The notes below the pieces were generated by a model. The model did not search any database, had not been told where the DNA came from, and saw nothing but the letters and a program-made list of their open reading frames with translations. From contig OZ316775.1 of the NCBI GenBank assembly GCA_973851085.1, positions 16,120,001 through 16,184,000 of the forward strand: a stretch of DNA of 64,000 bases. Direction: 5' to 3'. Of this stretch, positions 50,347 to 63,000 are shown piece by piece; within the stretch, counting starts at the first letter, position 1; every line of letters starts with the position of its first letter. Made by a program: the position numbers and the translations under genes. Source of the DNA: Ptychomitrium polyphyllum (lineage: Eukaryota).

Positions 50347-52456
50347 TCAGTGCTTAGGACTCGGGACCTCGTCCTGTACTTTGGGAGGGGTTGTATCAGA
50401 TACCAAGATGACCTTCCGTGACAAGAGGGAAACGTCTTTCTCCAGCCTTGACAAGTTCTCCTCAAACCTGCACTCGCCAAATCTCGTGAGTACATTTGTG
50501 CATTGTGGACATTTAACTTTTGTTGTAACAGTTCGGTCTTGGAGAAAAATCGTTTTTGAGTCAGTTGTTCGATTAGCATACCAATTAGAGTTTTATAAAA
50601 TCAAAGAATTTAGAGCTGTACTTTTCTTTGCGTCTCTTCTGGGAATCTAGGTCCAGAGCTACGGATAGTCGTTGGTACCGCGCGTTTGTGTCCGCCCACT
50701 TCAGCTTCAAGTTGTTCATCATCGTAATCCTCTCTTTTTCGTCCAGTCTGCACCTCACTCAGGTTCATCGGACCCAGTTCACACTCTATGCTAAATTTCT
50801 CTGAAGTATTTCATTTGGGTCATGCTTTACGGTTTCACTGAGCATGGGTTAACACAGTACTCTTTTTTTGTGCTAGCTTTTGGCTCAAATCCCACATGAG
50901 AAAAAAAGAGTTGTTTGCTAACAATCTCACATGGGAAGAGCGAGATCGCATGCTAATATTAAATCACTCATGCGGGTTATTGCCGAACACATTTTTCTGG
51001 CAATGTGGGATTGAGCCAGAAGCTTACGGTAAGCTGTGAAAGAGGCTCCGTGACGTGAACAAAGGTCAACCGAAACAGGACATTTTTAATCTAAGTTTCA
51101 TGCAAGATACTTTTTAGTTTTCAATCAAAGATCTTCCTTCTTTGTAGTTAAATAAATTGTCAGCAAGGATGGAACATGTCATACTTGCGGGTTCCTACGT
51201 GCTTGCATGCAGCAGCTGCTTTCGCCCTCTCTTCAGGACTATCTTTTATTTTCTTCTCCGCTGAAGCCTTCATTCTGGCGGTCAAGTACGATGGAAGCTT
51301 ACCGAAGCTTTTCTTCAACATATACCTCCTCTGCTTCTTCGGGATTCTTGATCTGTCTGGTTCTATTAATTTCAACCCAGGTTCACATGAGTGAGACGGA
51401 GATCATGACTACCGCATCAAGAGTAGCTATTGTAAATTTCTCAAAAGCATTAACCTTGGCTAGTACTGCAAGTGAGTACGCTATAACATATAGGAGGATC
51501 TTGAACAGAGGTAACTTGGAAATGATATGAGTGGAGTATTACTGGAATGTATCAGCTGCTCTGCATTCATCTTTATGAAGTCCAGTATTTTGACCCTTCC
51601 ATATACCTGCATTCGTGTTTGAAGCCTTAGTTGTGAGTGCACTAGAATTTGCCAGTCCATCGACGTTCACAGTTATAATTACGTCTCACGGCATGTAACT
51701 AAAAGTATACTTCGAAAAATACTTTAGAATGAATGTCGAATCTCTTGACTAATTTGTGCGTACTACAATTTGACAGAGATGGCGAATATACCGGCTTATC
51801 TTTTGGGACATCCGGGAACCGCTTCACATTCCGGGTGCATCTCTGTTGTCCTGCAAGTGTCTCAACATTTTGCATTAGCTTCTGCGACCTAAAGACGGAT
51901 AATGCTTTCAGATAACACTTATGCGACTTCAGCAAGAAGACAGGTCAGTTGCACATATGCACCCCATTGCCGAACACTTCGTGACAATTGTACAATGACC
52001 AGTCGTGACAAAAACAACCAATTCGGCGTTGACTTAGACTGAAGTGACCTCAAATAAGAAGCATTAAATGGGAAAAACATTTGCCGTCACTCGTCGTACT
52101 GTAGACAATCACTGGCTCCTTGGAATGCTTTTTCAAGAAATTATTTACGCAAGGCTTGTAGTGACCCCCCGGCTTTCCCATGGTGGCTGCCGATTTCTGC
52201 CTCATCATCAGCTTCAACCTGCGGGTGATTTTATCTATTTTCTTATCCCTCTGCGCTCACCCCAAAACTTCACAACATCAAATTAATTCTCTCCTACTCA
52301 TTGAACTTGTAATTGTAAAATTGGAGGTTCATTGGCAGACAGGGAAACAAAAGGAATAGGCCTTACAAGTTCTTCGGCAGTGGGAGGAGGTGTCCGCGGC
52401 TTGAATGCCTTCGGGGCCTTAATGATCTTGTACACACTTTCTTTGGAGTCCCACAT
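50347..52456 (-). CDS. ENKUR: Enkurin-family flagellar/axonemal protein, 7 exons, ~262 aa
   Basis: Exons 52456-52367, 52250-52100, 51850-51792, 51606-51543, 51362-51185, 50747-50622 and 50467-50347 (789 nt, all GT-AG, in frame). The protein has 'ESVYKII', 'ATMGKP...NFLKKHSKE', 'DFIKMNA', 'YMLKKSFGKLPSYL', 'LDEKERITMMNNLKLKWADTNARYQRL...KRRKEKFEENLSRLEKDV', colinear with recalled enkurin motifs. Confidence 0.88.
50835..51053. repeat. Long imperfect inverted repeat (fold-back) in enkurin intron 5
   Basis: agcttttggctcaaatcccacat (50875-50897) pairs with atgtgggattgagccagaagct (51003-51024). The inner arms 50898-50933/50969-51002 and outer arms 50835-50857/51035-51053 pair imperfectly. Confidence 0.85.
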
Positions 52457-53593
52457 CTTGGCTGTTACTTCAAAGTCAAGAAGCTATTATGTTTGATGTG
52501 GAAGGAGTAGCTTATAAGTGTTTTCCAGCGGAATGTTAAAAAGGAAGTCGTCACGCATCTCTCCCGAGTGAGATCGCAACCCTAATAACGTAGTTCTTGG
52601 ATGGTCAGCAGTTTGCATTGCAATGCAGTGGACAGGACCGAGGCTTGACTGTCATGAAGGTGGGTGCATTATATGACGTGTGAAAAACAATATCCTTTTG
52701 TGGAGAACTTGCAGAACTCTATTAACTTAAAACATCGTCACTCTACTATTTCGACGGCGCAGCCTTATACTCCCAGATTTGAGAGGAATCCTTGGCAGAG
52801 TCGACGGTTGTGCGACGATTCCTCTATGAACAAACCATTTGGTAAACGCATCTGGTATCAGAAAGCCTGCGTTAGGGAGCTCAATAACAAATTCGAAGCC
52901 ATGAGGAAGACTCTGATCAACTCGCTGCAGAATGGAATATTGAGTGTGGACATAGAAGTGAGAAACCGTGTAAAAGAGTCCAGTAGGTACAACCCAACTC
53001 TAAACCTACAATGGAGCGTTATGAAGTGCAGACTCGATGGGACGATGGCAAGCAAATTTAACAATCCAGGTCGGCACTTGCAAATCTTAATCAATGCCGG
53101 CCGGCCGCCGGCAACTACGGTTACGGTGTCTCTTCACCGCCTGTTTCACGTGAGTCCACTGATTCCTGCGCGCTTTCATCAACGTTCCATTCGAAGTAAC
53201 GGCCGCAAACGACAGAGAGGACGCCATCGGCCGTCGCCAAACAGAGGACACGAATGTAACAGATAATTAATATGACTTCGAAAGCAGATATATTCTAGTA
53301 TTGCCAACTCGTCAATGAATGACATTTACCTCTCGTCCTTGCGGACAACAACAAAGATTTCAGTAGCCGGAAGGGAACATTAAAGCTTCCCCTCTTTGAT
53401 GCTCTCAAGCACTCTCATATTTCGACCTAACCTTAAAACCATGTACCTTATCAGTAGGATTATGTACACCTTATATTACAACCGGTAGAAGACCATTGCT
53501 CAACAGTACACTAGCACTCGGCATAATCGTATGCTACCTCTACAATGCAATGATTTGTACAAGATGGCGGGCAAAATTGGAGAAGTAGACAGG

Positions 53594-55958
53594 CTACCGG
53601 TGTCTCAAGAATCTCTTGGTGTGACCGCATCCGAGGGTTTGTGATGGAAGCGCAGGAATGTCGTGGACGCCCTCTGCGAAAACGGTGCCCATGCCCATGT
53701 GAAAATGCGGCTCAATGTGGCAGTGGAAGGGCCATGCACCTGGGTTATTGGCGATGAACCGGATTGCGACCCAGCCGTAAGGAAAAACTGCCACTGTGTT
53801 GCGCACCGGAGGATCTACCAAGTTGAAGCTCGCAGGGTCTCGCTTAGTGTCGTAGGAGCCCTTGCCATAGCCAAGGATCCAGAAGTCGTGGCCATGGAGG
53901 TGCCATGGGTGAATCTCGCTGTTGTTGGGCGTGAGAGTGTTAGCGTTTTGGATAATTACGTCCACGACGCTGTCCTTCTCGAACACATACACAGGGCTTC
54001 CCGAAGTGGCGTTTCGGAAGCGAGGAGGCGGTGGCGCGAACACGTCGTAGTCCTTCGGGGGGGCGTCTGGCGGAGGTGTGGAGTCGAAGGTGCCCCGGAT
54101 CTTATACTTTAACGCGGCGAGAACGGGCGTCGGCCTCGCCACGTACGAGATGTTGTTCAGCGCCCACTTCACGTGACCGTCCACCTTGTTCTGAGTGCAC
54201 AGGATCACCACAGTCCGGTCGGATTTCTTTGGGGGTGATTGCTCGTGGCCGAATTCGGCGAGAATCATTTTGGCTTGCGCAACACTTGCAGCGGTGTCGT
54301 TCCACAGGGGGCTCACCGGGGCAGGAGTCGTGGGCACGAGTGCCGCTGGGGTGGGCAAATACTGCAGGATTGCGAGGCCAGTTGGGGTGCTGGTTTTCCT
54401 CCCCCTCACGTTGATTGCGGCCCAGTAGTTTCGAGATGGCTCTTGGTTGGTAGTGAAGATTACGTCATACGACTGCCCGGAGTATACATTTAGGTTGTCG
54501 ACCTGGAATGGCTTCACGTAGCGCCCATCTGCCTGGACGACGGTCATTTGGTGACCCTGGACACCATTCAAGGTCCATCACACCGTTAGTCCCATACCTA
54601 GGTAGCTGCTTCAAGAAAGTCATTGGGATTATAACCCTTCATTTTTTTGGAAATTATGATCAATCGATTACCATCGACTCTTGGTTTCAGAAAAGTCTGT
54701 TTTTGAAATGATATCTGCTTACCTCAAGAAGGAAGTTGAGGGAGGACAAGGAAGCAACGCTGGCAATACGCAGGCGGTAAGTCTTTCCGGGATTCACTGG
54801 CAGCACATATGGTGCACATGAGGGGTTTGTTGCGTTGCAGACGACGCAGTTGGGGGAACCGGGAGGACTTCCAGCGAGTGCCGAACAATTAAAGCTTCCT
54901 CGGCCTTGGATTAGCAAAGACTACACACCAGAGAAAGCAGAAGCACTGCCGCAATTAGAGCTAGGTTTTGTAGATCAATGATCCGATCTTTCAGTATAGG
55001 CATCCGATTTAATTCGAATTTTCCCCAGTGAGGGATCGAATTACGAGGTGCGACGTTGAGGGGACAGACCTGAGGCTCGCCCACAAATCTAAAGGGAACG
55101 TTCGTGAGTCCAAGCTGTTGCTCATAGATGGAGTTGTGCCACCAATCGTTCAGAATGATGCTGTGTTCGGCGTCGTAGGAGAATGGCTCCCTCTTGAGAG
55201 CAGGCAGCAACACAATTAGAGACCCGAAGAGTCCTCCAGCGCGCTGCATACCAAAATGTCCATGATAGAAATAGGTCCCAGCCTGCAAAAAACGTCATTC
55301 GCAGTAAGATGAAACCGCTCTGGACAGTGTTGTGCACACCTTGCAACTGCAATCAATCCAAGAATACTCTAGCGCATGGATCGGAGAGCCCTTGGACTCA
55401 CCCTGTCAAGTTTGAATTTGTAAGTAAATGTTTCGCCAGGATTGATGGGGCACTGTGACACATAAGCTGCGCCATCAAAGAAAGGAGTTGTCCTCTGCGA
55501 AGTCCAAATGCGCCATAACGTTAAGTGCAGTAATATTTCGATTTGGAGAACGATTTGGAGAGCATAATAATTTTTCCAATCTACATCATGCTGTTCTGCT
55601 CTGACAGTGAAGAATTGTTCAATTTTTAGCTTCTGAGAATACTTGGAATGGAGATATTTTTTGGACACAGAGATGGCGCAATACCTACCTGGTGGATTCC
55701 GTGCCAATGGAGAACGACGCCTTCAGTGGGAATGGCATTTGTTACGCGCACTACGAGCGTATCACCTTCCACAGCATGAATCGTGGGCGATGGAAATTGC
55801 TTGTTGATACTCAATACCAATTTCTCAACACAATCTGGAGAAGCAGACAGGTAATCTACAGTCCAATCATACTCCATTAGAGCTGCTTCGGTCACCAGCA
55901 GGAGCACCATCATAGCTACAAGCTCTGCTGCGAGATTATGACACCATGTCTTCATCAT
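53594..55958 (-). CDS. AO: L-ascorbate oxidase (multicopper oxidase), 5 exons, ~578 aa, secreted
   Basis: Exons 55958-55689, 55494-55402, 55282-55070, 54920-54723 and 54556-53594. All four Cu-binding motifs are present ([34 protein letters not shown]), plus the AO-type 'SPDCVEK', '[12 protein letters not shown]', '[15 protein letters not shown]' and an N-terminal signal peptide. Confidence 0.96.
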
Positions 55959-58543
55959 ATCGTCCAGAAGCTGCACCAACCAACTCCAAAATCTAGTTCC
56001 AGCCTTCCAGGTTCTTAACCTTTGCACGGAATCGCTGGCTTGCAAGTCAGGATGTATTTCTGTTTTCAACCTTTTCTACCAAGTGTTCCCTGATCATTCT
56101 TCGTCTCGTAGGAACTGACCTTGTTGGGGGAAATCTGATTAGAGGTCCTAGTCAGCCTACGATTACATAGTTTCTGATGTTTTTACGCCGGTATAGAATT
56201 TTGCTATAGCTATCTTCTTGCTTCTGACAACCTCACAGATCATGTATGAGGAGGGGGACTGTGTAGGAACTCGGAACACTGGGGTAAGCGAGCGAGGGCT
56301 GTTTGAAGCAGTTTTCGGGAGGAAGAGATGTGGGAGTTCCAGCATGTCGTCCCACGGAATATAGTGTGCCCATCACCGTGTCCTACCTCCGACTTGGCGG
56401 ATGAGTGGATAATCACTCAGACTCAGGACGTTGCTCTTTTGCTAAACGTATCCTCGTATTCAAGAAATAGCTGTTGGCAACATGTGCCAGAAGCTGCTAC
56501 AAATCCGGAATTAAAGAAAACGATGTCCACAACTTGGTTCTCTTGCTCCCAATCTGCACACAGAGCCACAGACGCTATCGACGCGGAGAAGGAAGAGGCT
56601 GTAAGAATTCTAGTTCATTTGAGTAATGACGTCCACAGAAGAAATCATGTGTTGAGCATTTTTTTAATTACCAGGATAAATTTTGGAGCTATATGGAGCT
56701 ACATATAGGAACGTACATTGAAGTGATGATGTGGCAAATATCTGAAACCAATAAATTTCAATTTCAAGTATTGTTTCTATTTCACGATAGTCCTGCATTT
56801 TTGTTGGTGCCACCTTGTAGTCCAAGTGTGACACATTGCAAAGTTGGAGACGGCGGGGTTACTTAGCAAGCAGAAATTTTGCTTGGAAAGTGGGTCATGT
56901 GCCAAATGGGCCGATTTCTTCCTACTTCGTTAGTTGGTTGGTTCGTATTCTCCGAATACTCTCTGACGCAACATCCAGATCGTTGATCACAATTATCAAA
57001 GAGATGCCGATCTCTAACCAAATCAAGCATGACTTCGTGCAAGGGAGTTCATTACAACCTTCTGTCAAGCCAACCGTCGAATTTAGGCGTTAATTACTGA
57101 ACTTAAAACTCAACAATGTCAAGAACTAATTTTTTGAGGTTAGGCAGGAAACTTATACCGTATTAATTAAGTAGGTGGACTTGTATGACTACATTAGTTC
57201 CTCGTTCACATACACTGCTCTTCACATGTTTCAATTAGGTGATGGGCCTGGACCTTGTGAGCAAATGAGATCATGAGAGGCCATACAATAATGAGCTGAA
57301 TGACCAAGTTGTTCCGCAAGTTGGCTGCCTCCAATCTATGAAAATGGTGTACGCCACAGTTTGATTCAATGAATATGAATGTACTCGGCCTCATTATCGG
57401 GGCTTGTTGAAAAAGAATCGCGTCAATCTGAGAGGCAGTGGTGAATCGGAACAAGAAATCGCATAACTACGAAAACCTTTTTGGAATATAAAATTGATTT
57501 CCAGCATGAACATGAAATTCATCTTTCGCACATATTTCGCTTGTACTTCTGTCCGTGTCAAGTGCAGAAATCACACATTCTGACTGCATCTATGAGACTT
57601 CCCAATGTAAGGATTAAAGCACAACTGCGATAAGAATAAGTAGGACCTAATCCTCAGGCTAATTTTAAACGAACTTTTGCCATGACAATGACCAGCTTAA
57701 TTGTGGACATGATGTGTCGGCATGATCTGTGCTGCTCCTCAGTTTATTGTTAATAGGAATAACCTAAGATGCGTATTCGTAAGAATGAGGCAACACCAAT
57801 CATAAGCACAGGTTGTCCATACAAACGACCGGAAGTTGTGTTGGTTGAGAAGCTTTTCATTACAGGCGAAATTTTGTACAGAAGCCTTACTAGTGAGGCT
57901 ATGAGTAGTACTTCAGAACGAGCTTGGAGCTGCAGCTAACTAGAAAAAACAACTATTAGGTATGAATTCCTCACAAATTGTGCCAACTGTTTTGCACCAC
58001 CTGAATTTTGCAGTATAAGCATCATGCTCATCGAAGGAGAAGATGAAGATGCCGCTACCTTTATGAGTGAAGGGAGGTGATCCCGGCTAGGATTTTAGTG
58101 AACAAAAATGCAGTACACCACTGGAGGATCAAGCCTGCTTTCCTCACAGTCAAGTCCACACCATATTGATATGGCAATGATGCAGTGCCACTTGCTATGC
58201 CAAAATCTGATGAGCTTGATGACTGATTTTCTACATCTGATGGACTCTGTATCAAAAAGGTCAACCCTTGATTTCTGCTCACGATGCGAGGAAGATCCTC
58301 AAGTTTTGTCTGGCAAGTTGCGCACGGTCATGGCTGTCGGCACTGTCGCGGATGAGCATGTTCCGCTCAGGGAAAGAGTGGATTCGTCGTAAATACTGGG
58401 CTCTCTTCTTGGATCACGTAATGCAGCCTCTATCAGCAATTGTAAAGATTTATCAAGGGAATCGAGCCAATTTCACATTTTCTCTGCTAGTTGCTAGTAT
58501 GTCTACGGAAAAATAAACACACCGTTGCACTGCATTGCAACCT

Positions 58544-60007
58544 TCATATGGTTACAAGAAAAACTACAAAGAACCAGATATGCTTTGTTGCCTTTGAGCA
58601 GGAAGAAGATGACTGCAATGCTGGATTCCAGCTACTAGTAGAAGGCACAACAGGAGGTGGATGCTGTGAATCCGAAGCAATATCACCGCTCTGGTTGCTA
58701 GAATTTGAATTACTGCAGATTTGAAGCAGAGGTACGGGCGCCGCTGGCCGAACCGTTGAGGATTCCTGACTTGCTTTTGTCAACGAATCCGCCCTCCGAA
58801 ACTCGTAACAGAGACCGACATTATTCTCTAGCCGAAGACGACGGCCAAGCCGCGAGAGGAAGGTCACGGAGAACGGCACAGGCCCCGCCAAGAGGTTGCC
58901 GCTGAGTTCCAGCTCGTACACACGATCCAACCCACCGAGAGCTGCCGGAATGGCGCCCGTGAGCTTGTTGCCATCCAGAAACAATGCTTTAAGGTTGCGG
59001 AGAGATCCTAGGGAGCTCGGAATGGGGCCTGAGAATTGGGCGCCGGAGAGCACCAAACCCTCCAAGCTGGCAAGATTCCCGAAGCAGGCAGGGATATATT
59101 CCTGGAATCGGTTCCCGCCCAGATCCATCGATTTCAGATTCACGAGCCCGCACAATGATGTCGGCAGAGGGGCTGTAAATGCGTTCTGCGCAAGATTCAG
59201 CGAGAGCAGATTGCTGAGATCGCCTACTGTCGCGGGTATGGCGCTCGTAAGGTTGTTGTAGCTGAAGTCCAGCTTCTTCAGAGTTTTCAATCGGCCGATT
59301 GAAATCGGCAGGGCGCCGGCGAGGTGGTTGGCGCTTGCGTCCAGAATTACTAATCTCTCCAGGTTGTAGAACAATGCTGTGTCGAGCTCGCCTTGGAAGG
59401 CATTTTCGCTCATGTCGACGACTTGTAGTGCGGTTAGGGATGACAACCAGACGGGCATCGTGCCAGTGAGAGAGTTTCCGTGCACGTCCAGATTGCGCAG
59501 TTTGGTGAGAGTCGCGAACTCGGGTGGAAGAGCGCCGACATGGCCGTTGCTGCGCAGGTGGAGCGTCTCGAGAGTGGCCCTCAGGAGGCCGATCTCGGGG
59601 AGTATTGGCTGCGGATTCGCGGTACAGCACGCAAAGTAGCTCAATTTTCGTAGGTGGGTGAGGTTGGCAACTGCTGGTGAGATCGTGGAATCGGTTGCGC
59701 AAGCGGGGAAGGCTGTGGTGTGATCCGTGACCAAGCCGAAGGAGAGTCCGACCACGTGATAAAACTCTCCCTCCTGCGCGCATTCAATGCCATGCCAGCG
59801 ACCACTCTTCACGCACACGTCGGGGATGCTGGTTGCCCAGGCGTTGCCTGTGGCGGCCATCATCGCATACACAGCTTGCAACTCCACGGGATCCGTCCTC
59901 GCAGCCATCGCCAAGCAGCCGCTCTGACTTATCATCACCATCGCAATGACCAAAGCAAGGAGGAATCCAAGGAATTCTCGACCCCACTTGAACATCCTCG
60001 TCATCAT
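58544..60007 (-). CDS. TMM: LRR receptor-like protein TOO MANY MOUTHS orthologue, single exon, 487 aa
   Basis: Signal peptide, then the TMM-specific cap 'ARTDPVELQAVYAMMAATGNAWATSIPDVC..GRWHGIEC..YHVVGLSFG..TAFPAC', ~10 plant LRRs and 'LRLENNVGLCY'. No kinase domain; hydrophobic C-terminus. Confidence 0.92.
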   Translation of the reverse strand: MMTRMFKWGREFLGFLLALVIAMVMISQSGCLAMAARTDPVELQAVYAMMAATGNAWATSIPDVCVKSGRWHGIECAQEGEFYHVVGLSFGLVTDHTTAFPACATDSTISPAVANLTHLRKLSYFACCTANPQPILPEIGLLRATLETLHLRSNGHVGALPPEFATLTKLRNLDVHGNSLTGTMPVWLSSLTALQVVDMSENAFQGELDTALFYNLERLVILDASANHLAGALPISIGRLKTLKKLDFSYNNLTSAIPATVGDLSNLLSLNLAQNAFTAPLPTSLCGLVNLKSMDLGGNRFQEYIPACFGNLASLEGLVLSGAQFSGPIPSSLGSLRNLKALFLDGNKLTGAIPAALGGLDRVYELELSGNLLAGPVPFSVTFLSRLGRRLRLENNVGLCYEFRRADSLTKASQESSTVRPAAPVPLLQICSNSNSSNQSGDIASDSQHPPPVVPSTSSWNPALQSSSSCSKATKHIWFFVVFLVTI

Positions 60008-63000
60008 GTGTATACTGCGACGTATCAGGTTTTGAGTTCACTACGATATGATTCTCAATACTACAAATGACTTATGAGCGATGGAGCTGTGCGACATAGT
60101 CACATAATACCTGCAACATGTAACGTCGATCTAGACTGGAACTTGAAATCTCCTGAATTGGATTCAGTGAATGTCACCAGCTTAAGCAATAACATTGAAC
60201 GAGCTGAGTTCTGAAGTAACCTTGTCTGCTTGCTAAAAACTTGAGATTTAGTGTATACAGTAGATAATTCGTGATGCTAATTTTGATGCCTCCAGATTTA
60301 TGTGTTGGAGTCAGTTTATAAACTGTTTCTTGGTTAAGGGTCTTTAGATTTCTGTACATTGTACCGGATATTCTCTCCTATGATGGCATTCATTGAACTC
60401 ATGCATTGAGTGTGAAATGAGAGTCGGCCTGTGAGTTTCTTGATGGAACTGCCCATGTCTCATCATGGTGAAAGAATCACCTGTAACTTCACCTGTACCG
60501 AACTCATTGAGTAGTTTCAATTGTCTCGCCATCATCATAATTGTACACCTGAAGAATGGTCAGATCATCAGATGCCTTCAATTGGTAAAATTCAAAGGCT
60601 ATGGCGTAGTCCAGGGGAGAGCACTTTTTTTTCGGGGGGGGGAGGAGGTGGTGAAAGGGTTAATTAACCCCTTCGACAGGGACTCGTGGATGTGTGATAC
60701 GTTTACTTAGAAGCTTTTCGATTGAAACAGGTTGCCTATCACGTGAACTTATTCAATCAGGACGGACAAAGTAGTCCTCTTCTGGCCATTGAGATCTGGA
60801 CTCGGCAAATCGAAGTGCAAGGAGAGATAAGCGTTGCACGGTGTAGGACTAAATTTACTCATGAACAAGAAACACGGTAAGTCTGTTTCTCGACCAACTT
60901 GTCAAGCATCATGTGCCATTGCAGAGTCGTCTAATCCGTTCGAGCAGCACATTGATACGACATGCCGGAGAAATTGCTCCTTAACAATGAACTGACTCTT
61001 AACCTATGCTGCTAATTCACTAAATGCAAATCTGTATCTCATCCAGTGTCACCTTCTCAACCTAGATAAAACTCAAGTGATCCTGTTAAGGTACACTTTA
61101 CAGAAAACCAGAGAGGCAAGGCATCCGTTGATCGGTCAACATTATCGCAGCCTTTGTATGATGGCCGGATTGACCTCTCCATCTGTCAACAATTGTTGAA
61201 ATCTATAATCATTGTTCTCAGCAGAAGCTGCAAGTTTAGAGTGTGAACGTTACCTTGATTCACGAGAGTGACTGCTGCTGTGCACCACGTTTTTCTATTT
61301 GCCTCTAGATATGTTGACAAGCCATCATTTAATAGTTGTTGAATGTTTAATTGAATTCCAACTTCTTCAAAGAAAATGGAAGAAGATGCAATCTTGCAAT
61401 ACATCTAATTAACCACATTGTTATAAATGTTGTATTTTAATTTATTGAAACAGTTGATTACTTGTTCTTAGAATACACAATTGTAGTATGGTTTGATTGT
61501 AAAATAAAGTGCTTATTAACATGTCAATATTATATGCAGTGTTTACTAAGCCTTCTTTTATATGCTAATGGCCATCTCTTTGTGTGTAACCAATTGTTAG
61601 GCTAATATGATGTGGAAGATTTTCCTAATTATAAGCAATTTCTATGAAAGTGCTCCTATGGCAAATGATTGAGTGGTAAGATGTGAAAAAAGGTTTTGAA
61701 TGCAAGATGGAAGTTTGAGTGACTTTACTTGTAGCTATATTAAAAAATTAATTTGATGTTTGAAGGTTTGTTAGTTTGATGGTTTTATACTTGAATTCAA
61801 TTAATAGAAGAAATCTCAAATATGTTGCTTCAAATTTTGATATATGACGACCTTGATTAGCATTGTGGTAGTAGATGTTTAATACAATCACCACAAAATT
61901 ATTGTGAAGTGACTAGTATTCATCTTCTATAATGAAATCTATCACAATAAAATATAAGTTCAAAAGTGCACAAAAAATGCTATCATTTTACAATAATGGC
62001 CTGTGTCGAAGCTACTCTTACTTACGATCACACGATTTGTCTACAAATCTTTACAAACAGAATTGTAAGAATCTGAAAATGCTTATCTTACTTGAAATGG
62101 AATTATTAATAGCGACTTCTTAATTCTTTTTGGCAAAAAGCGACTTTGAGGTCATGAGATTCGAAACATGAAATCAAGGCTGCACTTGCCAAAATACTCG
62201 TGACTTGGTTGGTAAACACAAGGTTGAGGCTAGGCTTGCTGAAATGCTCCCACATGATTGGTTTTTGTGAAACTGAATTCTGCAAGGCAGTCTATCAGTT
62301 GGAGTTACTAAGTTGGGACTCTATCGTCAACGTAATGAAGACTTAGCACAAGCTTTTGGAACTCAGAATAGTGATTTGTCCACAGTAGTTTCACCATCAT
62401 CAACACCAAGTTCAAGTGAACAAATCATTATGTATGCATTAAGATTGCCCTTTTCATCGTGTCTTTCAAAAAATTAGGTATTCGGAATGGCGGAGATAGA
62501 AGGAGATCAGGGCGTTTGCATAGGGCGTGCAGGGTGTTTCAAAACAACTTACTTTGGCGTGAGCACTACTCGTAGGTCGTTGTGTTTCTGCAAATTGTCA
62601 ATAACAATAATATCCCGAAGGCGGTGTTCCCATGAAGCTCCCAGAGCGTGCCCCCTAACCGTCAGTGGGGCATGTCCTGGCGTTGGGACACTCACCCTGG
62701 CCCATTGACCACCTGATCTCCATCTATCTCCGCCAATTTCCCATCACTCTTCTCTTCACTTCCCTTGCACTGCCGTCCTTTCTTGCTAAGCCCCCTCTTT
62801 CTCTCGCTCTACAGCTCAGCTTGCTTCATGGTCCTCATTCCAATCCACTTGTTCAACTGTTGCTGTGCTTCCACTGTAACGCAACGGTTCACTTGCACCT
62901 TCTCCTCGACTTTGATGTGACTTTTGGAGCTTTTATGACGATGCTTCTGGGTCATGGAGGGGCACGGTGGGGCGAGTGCAGCGGAGGATGAGCGGTGGCC

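Noticed and set aside
51003..51024. miR171 homologue (GAUUGAGCC core)
   Set aside because: Only 9 nt are shared and the rest differs from miR171. Kept as an unassigned hairpin instead.
53663..59783. Long antisense and alternate-frame ORFs over AO and TMM (e.g. 58989-59783, 53663-54112)
   Set aside because: Shadow ORFs caused by GC-rich codon usage of the real genes.
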